Source: Massilicoli timonensis (lineage in GTDB: Bacteria > Bacillota_I > Bacilli_A > Erysipelotrichales > Erysipelotrichaceae). Taken from it: a stretch of DNA of 32,000 bases. The notes below the pieces were generated by a model. It was not told where the DNA came from and searched no databases. It saw nothing but the letters and a program-made list of their open reading frames with translations. The translations under genes and the position numbers were made by a program. The stretch lies in contig NZ_LT963433.1 in the NCBI RefSeq assembly GCF_900199515.1, positions 180,001 to 212,000 on the forward strand. Direction: 5' to 3'. How positions within the stretch are numbered: position 1 is the stretch's first letter; each line of letters starts with the position of its first letter. Below, piece after piece: positions 27,137 to 32,000 of the stretch.

Positions 27137-30100
27137 TTATTTTGATAAGGAATTGCTGCTGTTCTTAAAATAGCAGAATGTAGCGCTAAGTCCTGCTAAG
27201 GCTCCAAACAATAACATCCAAAGCATAACTTGGTTTGTATCATCTCCGGTTGGAACACTAGGTACCAATTCATTTAGATAACGATAACTGTAAATATCCT
27301 TATCAGGATCTACAAGCTCGTCATTGAAGAACACACCTTCCTCATTGATCTCTACCTTCAGCACTTCATCCGATAATAAGTATCCCATAGGCGCCTGTGT
27401 TTCCTTGATGTAGACAATTCCATAAGGCAAATCAGTGAATGTGGCAGTTCCTGATTCCTGATCCGCATGAACAGTACGTACTTCTTTCTTACAATCTTCA
27501 TCTTCGTACATCGTGAATGCAAAGTCTTTGGATCTAATGAGCTGATCTGTCTGTGCATCCACTTTCTGTACTTGAATGTCAGTTAAGATCTGTTCATCTT
27601 TCATTACCACTTCCTGTACCTCGCCGGTGGCTTTTACCTCGAAGATCACATCTTCCGCTAAGTGATAGCCATAAGGTGCTGCTTCCTCATGTAAGCGATA
27701 CATGCCCGGTTCTAACATCGTGATCATATGCGCTTCCTCTGTCGATGTCCAGCGTTCTACGATATTCTTTGTCTTTTCACTTGTCAAAATGAAATCTGCA
27801 CCTGCCAATGCCTTACCGGTTGTCTCATCTACTTTCAAGATCTCTACTTTGGTATAGTCATTGGTCATTTCTACTTTCTGTGTTTCTGTTGTATTGGCTA
27901 CTGTGAATTTGATCTCTTTCTCGCTTAACATATAACCAAACGGTGCGATCGTTTCCTTTAAGGTATATTCCTTTCCGACTGTTAATCCCTTGATCAGGTG
28001 TGCTTCCTCTGTGCTGACCCATTCTTCTACTACCTTTCCGTTCTCATCTAGCACCTGCAAGGTTGCGCCCTCTAACTCTTTTCCGGTCGTCAGATCGGTT
28101 TTGGAAATAAGCACTTCTGTCTGTTTGTTCGTGAATTGTTTATGCACTTCATACACTGCTTTCTGATCATCTTCCAAATCAAATTTGATCTCATAAACCG
28201 TTTCATCTAAGACATAGCCATCCAGTGTTCTTGTTTCCTGTAAAAGATAAGAAGCTCCATCTGTTCCAAGCGGTAAGCCTACGATATGGATTTCGCCTAA
28301 TTCATTTGTCATATAGTAACCGTCTTCCGAAATATCCATCGATACCGGATCTCCTGCTTGATGGATCACTTTACCGTTCTGTGGATCGATGATATCATAC
28401 TTCGTTTTCAGCTGATACTGCACACCGCTTAATAACTCCTTTGTTTCCTCGTCTGCTTTCTCGATATGGATCTCTGCGGTTGGCTTTTCATCTTTTACTC
28501 TTACGATAATGAGTGGATCGCCGTCATCATCTGCTTCCATGATACTGCCTGTGATTGTGAAAGGGATCGGATCGGTATTGAGCAGGTATCCGTTTGGTGC
28601 GGTGATCTCTCTTGCTTCATACTCTCCTGCCAATAACATCAATGGCAGCGTTACTTGTCCTTTCTTATTGGTTGTGAAAGTATCGATCCAATCTTCGCCT
28701 ACTTTCTGTTTCACATATTGTTGTTTCTTCACGTTCCAGATCTTAAAGGAAGCATTTGATAATGTGATCGGTTCTTCTGTATCAGCATCCAGCTTGATCA
28801 AGCGTAGATATGCTTTCTTCCATTCGTTCTTGATGGCATAATGGAAAGACTGATCTTGGGTACTGATCGTAAACTCCACAGATCCTTCCATCGGGATCAG
28901 ATCGACATGCGGTGTCTTGGTCTGTCTCATGACATAATCTCCGGCTGCCAATTCACCTGAAGAGGCATAGCCGGTTTTATCTGTTTTTAAGATCGCATAT
29001 TCTTTTTTAGAATACGTATCTAAATGTTTTAATGCTTCCTCAAAAGATCCGTATTGATCTACATATTTCTTTAAGATGACTGTAAACTCGGCATTAGGTT
29101 CCGGTTCCAATACACTGGTTTCTTCATCGGAATACTTATGAATTTCGATCTTACCGGTAATGACTTGATCGGATACGGTCATATTCTGAGTTACGATGCT
29201 GACTGTTTGACCGCCATAAGTAAGATCTATATTGTATTTGTTTGGATCTAATTGATAGCCGGTAGGTGCTTGGATTTCTCGGATATAATAAGCGCCCAAG
29301 TTTTGATTGAGAAAACCTGCTGTATTACCTAAAGAATCGGTCGTTGTTTGTGCAACGAGGGTATCTTTTGCATGATAGAGCTTCCCGGAGATCGGATTGA
29401 CGATATTTTCTCTTGCATAGAGGCCATAGATGGCACCTGCAAGGGTAGCGTCTCCTTGTGCTGTACTTCCGGTATCGGCATCTTGTTTCTTCAATGTGAT
29501 ATTACCTTTTTGGATTGCATTTTTTGCATTGAAAGAAACGACATCATTTGCGATGATGGTAACCTTATAGATCTTACTATCTAAGACAAGATTAGCAGGG
29601 ACATTGGTTTCCTGCACATAGAGATCTTTAGGAAGCAGATCATCGATCTGTACGGTACCATCTGATCCTGTTTTATAGGTGCCGATCGGATCTGACATAT
29701 CGCTGTTATAGGATAATGCGAAAGATGTGTTAGGCACATAGTTTCCTTCTTCATCCTGTTTTGCGATCTTCAAAGATCCTTCTTTGTTTACCTGTAACTT
29801 CAATGTAATTGATAATGGGTCTATTTTATGAAATACGGCGGTGTCTTGTGCTCCTGATTTTCTATAAACCATAGTAGTACCCAAATATTCCTTAGCGATC
29901 CGGTTAAATGTTAGAGTAACATTTTCCGGAGCACTATCAGTTGGGGTAAGCGTAATGGAATTACCGTTGCGAACAACATTGACGCCATTCTGACTGCTTA
30001 CTTCTGCGAAGTCAGAGATTACACCGTTTAGATCGGTAATGGTAATACTTTCATTAACATTTACTACTGGATTTATATTATCAAAATTTGGTTTAATGTT

Positions 30101-30565
30101 TTGACGATTGATTGCTGCTTGTACTTGTGCTTTGTAAGTAGGGTAGTCAAAGCCGGTAATGGATACCGGTGTATGTCCCATTGCCTCATAGATCATATAT
30201 TGGGTTGTAAGACGCCAATGAGTAGAATCTGAATCATTTTTATGTTTATACCACCCATAATATGCAATCTGTTCCATCTGATCTTTTACTGAATGTGAAA
30301 ATTCTTCTACTGAATAATCATTCCCATCTGCAAATGGGGTAGTAGGATCCACACAAAACGCAACCTCTCCATTCGCCGTCATCCAAAAAGCATCACCCCA
30401 AGCCGGGAATCCATTTGACATTGTGAAGCGATAAGTATATCCCGGATAGTAACCGGTTCTGACTTGATTGTTATTAGCAGCTTTGGTGCTGATTGGTGTA
30501 AAACATGTAAAGATCATAAGCAGTACACTTATGATACTGAATATTTTTTTCTTAAGTTTATACAT
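27137..30565 (-). CDS. Large cell-surface adhesin: signal peptide, N-terminal Cys/Gln (thioester-like) domain, ~8 Cna-B/SpaA-type prealbumin-fold repeats, C-terminal SVPTGD sorting-like signal
   Basis: 1142 aa.
- Signal peptide: MYKLKKKIFSIISVLLMIFTCFTPISTKA.
- Repeated modules begin (I/L)x(I/L)xKxD... and end with ...E(T/I)xAPxGY(x)L motifs, for example KETIAPFGYML, HEEAAPYGYHL, KETQAPMGYLL, REITAPNGYLL, REIQAPTGYQL.
- The C-terminus is SVPTGD followed by a hydrophobic helix and a short polar tail containing a single Lys (YFKNSSNSLSK).
- RBS is GAGGAGGAAG. Confidence 0.85.
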   Translation of the reverse strand: MYKLKKKIFSIISVLLMIFTCFTPISTKAANNNQVRTGYYPGYTYRFTMSNGFPAWGDAFWMTANGEVAFCVDPTTPFADGNDYSVEEFSHSVKDQMEQIAYYGWYKHKNDSDSTHWRLTTQYMIYEAMGHTPVSITGFDYPTYKAQVQAAINRQNIKPNFDNINPVVNVNESITITDLNGVISDFAEVSSQNGVNVVRNGNSITLTPTDSAPENVTLTFNRIAKEYLGTTMVYRKSGAQDTAVFHKIDPLSITLKLQVNKEGSLKIAKQDEEGNYVPNTSFALSYNSDMSDPIGTYKTGSDGTVQIDDLLPKDLYVQETNVPANLVLDSKIYKVTIIANDVVSFNAKNAIQKGNITLKKQDADTGSTAQGDATLAGAIYGLYARENIVNPISGKLYHAKDTLVAQTTTDSLGNTAGFLNQNLGAYYIREIQAPTGYQLDPNKYNIDLTYGGQTVSIVTQNMTVSDQVITGKIEIHKYSDEETSVLEPEPNAEFTVILKKYVDQYGSFEEALKHLDTYSKKEYAILKTDKTGYASSGELAAGDYVMRQTKTPHVDLIPMEGSVEFTISTQDQSFHYAIKNEWKKAYLRLIKLDADTEEPITLSNASFKIWNVKKQQYVKQKVGEDWIDTFTTNKKGQVTLPLMLLAGEYEAREITAPNGYLLNTDPIPFTITGSIMEADDDGDPLIIVRVKDEKPTAEIHIEKADEETKELLSGVQYQLKTKYDIIDPQNGKVIHQAGDPVSMDISEDGYYMTNELGEIHIVGLPLGTDGASYLLQETRTLDGYVLDETVYEIKFDLEDDQKAVYEVHKQFTNKQTEVLISKTDLTTGKELEGATLQVLDENGKVVEEWVSTEEAHLIKGLTVGKEYTLKETIAPFGYMLSEKEIKFTVANTTETQKVEMTNDYTKVEILKVDETTGKALAGADFILTSEKTKNIVERWTSTEEAHMITMLEPGMYRLHEEAAPYGYHLAEDVIFEVKATGEVQEVVMKDEQILTDIQVQKVDAQTDQLIRSKDFAFTMYEDEDCKKEVRTVHADQESGTATFTDLPYGIVYIKETQAPMGYLLSDEVLKVEINEEGVFFNDELVDPDKDIYSYRYLNELVPSVPTGDDTNQVMLWMLLFGALAGLSATFCYFKNSSNSLSK

Positions 30566-30627
30566 ATTTCTTCCTCCTCATCATTGTTATTCGTGCTTTC
30601 TTTTCTTAATCCTAAAACTTTTTCATT

Positions 30628-30643
30628 TTTTCTACGTAGAAAA
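30628..30643. promoter_or_regulatory. Perfect 16-bp palindrome TTTTCTACGTAGAAAA in the adhesin upstream region (candidate operator); half-site copy TACGTAGAAAA at 30692-30702
   Basis: Palindrome verified base by base (centre between 30635 and 30636). The 11-nt TACGTAGAAAA recurs 59 bp away, inside the spacer of a TATAAT (-10 at 30681-30686, minus strand). Confidence 0.4.
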
Positions 30644-30816
30644 GGCAGCCATAAGACTGCCTATTAAATATAGTATTAGGATTATAGATTTTACGTAGAA
30701 AACAAATAACAATATTTTTATTCTGATCATAGGTATTACATAAGGACTGCGCATTCCTTAACACCTTTCACATTCCGGGGGATCTTTGTTTTTCATTGTT
30801 TCACGTCCTTTCTTGT

Positions 30817-30847
30817 AAAAGAAAAGAGCAACTGTTCTGATTGCTCT
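30817..30847 (-). terminator. Rho-independent terminator (minus strand) insulating the adhesin promoter region
   Basis: GAGCAA (30826-30831) pairs with TTGCTC (30841-30846). On the minus strand TTTTCTTTT follows. Confidence 0.55.
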
Positions 30848-30858
30848 AAATTAAACTA

Positions 30859-30887
30859 TTGATATTTTCATATGACTGGCATATAAT
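30859..30887 (+). promoter_or_regulatory. Strong sigma-A-type promoter (TTGATA-17-TATAAT) driving a short plus-strand RNA
   Basis: -35 TTGATA (30859-30864), an exact 17-nt spacer, then -10 TATAAT (30882-30887). There is no protein-coding ORF downstream. Confidence 0.6.
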
Positions 30888-30891
30888 ATGG

Positions 30892-30906
30892 GTGTAAGTG
30901 ATAGGT
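30892..30906. repeat. Direct repeat copy 1 (GTGTAAGTGATAGGT)
   Basis: Identical 15-mer at 31056-31070. Looser similarity continues for ~8 more nt (AGGTGGTGC vs AGGTAGCGGTAC). Confidence 0.9.
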
Positions 30907-30955
30907 GGTGCAAACTACCAAAAGAAAAGAGAGAGTTGGCGCTCTCTCTTTTTTT
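30894..30955 (+). ncRNA. Candidate small RNA (~62 nt to terminator T1; ~105 nt if read through to T2 at 30998)
   Basis: The predicted TSS is 6-8 nt after the -10. The 5' end is the 15-nt repeat GUGUAAGUGAUAGGU. A hairpin GGUGGU-GCAA-ACUACC (GNRA loop) follows, then the terminator AGAGAGAG-UUGGCG-CUCUCUCU + U7 (30928-30955). Confidence 0.45.
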
Positions 30956-30969
30956 AGTACCACTACCTT

Positions 30970-30998
30970 GAAAGACTAGATAACTAGTCTTTCTTTTT
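30970..30998 (+). terminator. Second plus-strand Rho-independent terminator (T2)
   Basis: GAAAGACTAG (30970-30979), loop ATAA, CTAGTCTTTC (30984-30993), then TTTTT (30994-30998). The stop codons of both minus-strand small ORFs lie inside this hairpin. Confidence 0.6.
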
Positions 30999-31098
30999 CA
31001 ACTCTACAACGATTAAGTAGAGGATCAATAATTCGATTATTGCCTCTAAATTCATGTGTAAGTGATAGGTAGCGGTACATCAGGAAAGTATCATTCAT
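30976..31098 (-). CDS. Small ORF, 40 aa (MNDTFLMYRYLSLTHEFRGNNRIIDPLLNRCRVEKERLVI), unknown function
   Basis: ATG at 31098 lies 8 nt after GGAGG (31107-31111). The ORF is below the 60-aa ORF-track cutoff and matches no family I recognise. Confidence 0.3.
   Translation of the reverse strand: MNDTFLMYRYLSLTHEFRGNNRIIDPLLNRCRVEKERLVI
30984..31055 (-). CDS. Small hydrophobic ORF, 23 aa (MNLEAIIELLILYLIVVELKKKD), candidate type I toxin-like peptide
   Basis: ATG 31053-31055 directly abuts repeat copy 2. The peptide has a hydrophobic core and a charged KKKD tail. No Shine-Dalgarno is present, so coding status is speculative. Confidence 0.2.
   Translation of the reverse strand: MNLEAIIELLILYLIVVELKKKD
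31056..31070. repeat. Direct repeat copy 2 (GTGTAAGTGATAGGT)
   Basis: Identical to 30892-30906, 164 bp away. On the minus-strand RNA it reads ACCUAUCACUUACAC, immediately 5' of an AUG (31053-31055). Confidence 0.9.
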
Positions 31099-31117
31099 GA
31101 CTAATACCTCCGCAGCA

Positions 31118-31146
31118 ATCATAACATAGATCGCTTCTGCACTCAA
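31118..31146 (-). promoter_or_regulatory. Candidate minus-strand promoter (TTGAGT-17-TGtTATGAT) upstream of the small ORFs
   Basis: -35 TTGAGT (31141-31146), a 17-nt spacer, then an extended -10 (hexamer 31118-31123). The predicted TSS falls at or next to the GGAGG, which weakens either the promoter call or the RBS call. Confidence 0.35.
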
Positions 31147-31179
31147 TATGATCTATTCACAAAAGAAAATCTGTTACTT

Positions 31180-31875
31180 CTAATACTCTGGGAAATATAC
31201 ATCCCAAATTCCTTCTGCTACTTCGCCACACGAATCAAGTACAGTCCCAGTTCCCATACTATATCTTGGCCATCCATACCAAGGACTATTTGGATCTGCT
31301 AATTGTGCCTCTGCCCATGCACTTGCTTCTGCTTGACTGTTAAACCACATTCCGGAATTACCTAAGTTTGTATATGTCCCATTAGGCACACATACATTCT
31401 GTGCCGGTGGAGTAGGGGAAGTAGTATTTCCACCGGTAGATCCTGTTGCAGTAGATCCATTGGATCCGCCGGTATTGGCAGCCGGTGGTGTAACGGCAGG
31501 CGTTTGGGTTGTCGGTGTTTGTGTTTCTGTTTGTTCCTCTGCCGGTGCCTCTTCAGGAGTTTGGGTATTTGCGGTTTCTTCCTTCGCTTTTACATTGACG
31601 GTCAGCTCATAAGTTTTCTTCTTTCCGTCCTCGCCGGTTACCACATATTTCAACACCTGTTCTCCTGCTTCAGAAGTATCCAGCTTCGGATATTTCACTT
31701 TGCCTTCTACACTCTTTATGAAGTCTTTTACATCCACTTCATCGCCCTGCATCACTTCTACTTCTTTATCTTTGAATGTCAGAGAAGCAGCTGCTTTCTT
31801 TTCCTCTTTTTCAGAGCAGCCTGCCAATGTTATGCACATCATCAGTGTTAATAGTAGTGTCGTTGCTTTTTTCAT
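31180..31875 (-). CDS. Lipoprotein of unknown function (Ig-like N-domain, Thr/Pro-rich linker, Cys-containing C-domain)
   Basis: 231 aa. The signal peptide has a lipobox: MKKATTLLLTLMMCITLAGC. A low-complexity TQTPTTQTPAVTPPA linker follows. RBS is GAGGGAGGAAAAACC-ATG. Confidence 0.8.
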   Translation of the reverse strand: MKKATTLLLTLMMCITLAGCSEKEEKKAAASLTFKDKEVEVMQGDEVDVKDFIKSVEGKVKYPKLDTSEAGEQVLKYVVTGEDGKKKTYELTVNVKAKEETANTQTPEEAPAEEQTETQTPTTQTPAVTPPAANTGGSNGSTATGSTGGNTTSPTPPAQNVCVPNGTYTNLGNSGMWFNSQAEASAWAEAQLADPNSPWYGWPRYSMGTGTVLDSCGEVAEGIWDVYFPEY

Positions 31876-31888
31876 GGTTTTTCCTCCC

Positions 31889-32000
31889 TCATCTTATTTT
31901 TTGTAGTTCTTCCAGTAAAAATCTTTTTTTATTTAACTTAAACAGCATTTTAGCCATATCCCAAATGAATAATGCTGCACCAAAAATTATACTTGCCATT
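31889..32000 (-). CDS. 3' end of an upstream gene (or a 36-aa ORF), hydrophobic segment then basic tail; truncated by window edge
   Basis: The minus-strand frame reads (..)MASIIFGAALFIWDMAKMLFKLNKKRFLLEELQKIR*. The stop TGA 31889-31891 overlaps the lipoprotein RBS. The frame is open to the window end. Confidence 0.3.
   Translation of the reverse strand, partial: MASIIFGAALFIWDMAKMLFKLNKKRFLLEELQKIR

Noticed and set aside
30601-30688. Imperfect ~19-bp inverted repeats (TTCTTAATCCTAAAACTTT / revcomp of ATAGTATTAGGATTATAGA) flanking ~50 bp upstream of the adhesin gene, considered as an invertible promoter
   Set aside because: Only about 14/19 positions match. The enclosed segment is too small to carry a promoter, and part of the match is the -10 element itself. 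No recombinase is nearby.
30758-30796. Tiny 12-codon ORF MKNKDPPECERC with an AAGGA-like RBS upstream of the adhesin promoter (possible leader peptide)
   Set aside because: There is no promoter between the preceding terminator and this ORF, and no obvious coupling to an attenuator structure. An ORF this short is expected by chance.
1-32000. Search for rRNA, tRNA, CRISPR arrays, IS elements, integrases and prophage genes
   Set aside because: None of the following were seen on either strand: cloverleaf-like or rRNA-like conserved segments, regularly spaced direct repeats, transposase or integrase motifs, or terminal inverted repeats.

Overview
This is a chromosomal segment from a low-GC Gram-positive bacterium (Bacillota). 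The gene content looks Erysipelotrichia/Clostridia-like, but that is inference only.

Most of the window (about 3.4-27 kb) is ordinary, densely packed housekeeping and metabolic coding, mainly on the minus strand:
- ptsG-glcT with a textbook RAT/terminator riboregulator
- a Gfo/Idh/MocA oxidoreductase, an XRE regulator, GrpB and a Cof-type HAD hydrolase
- nagA, a flavodiiron protein and a SufC/SufBD pair
- the UPF0237(ACT)/UPF0210 pair and an orphan membrane protein
- a split transketolase and an RluA-family pseudouridine synthase
- a PD-(D/E)XK nuclease fused to an XPD/DinG-like Fe-S helicase, then YdcF
- a feoAB fusion plus the small Cys-rich FeoB-associated protein

Both edges are accessory and visibly more AT-rich.
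- The left edge carries a Fic-family gene fragment, a decayed excisionase-type HTH gene and a large BspA-type LRR surface protein. In that surface protein the signal peptide is separated from the mature protein by a G10 homopolymer that currently puts them out of frame. This is a candidate slipped-strand phase-variation switch.
- The right edge carries a 1142-aa multi-domain Cna-B/SpaA-type adhesin, a lipoprotein, and a 600-bp intergenic region. That region holds convergent promoters, shared bidirectional terminators, a 15-nt direct repeat and small ORFs. The layout resembles par/Fst-type type I toxin-antitoxin (antisense RNA) loci.
- Both large surface proteins end in a non-canonical [S/A]-V-x-T-G-D sorting-like signal.

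I found no rRNA, tRNA, CRISPR array, transposase or integrase. All calls come from reading the sequence and ORF translations by eye; no database search was run.
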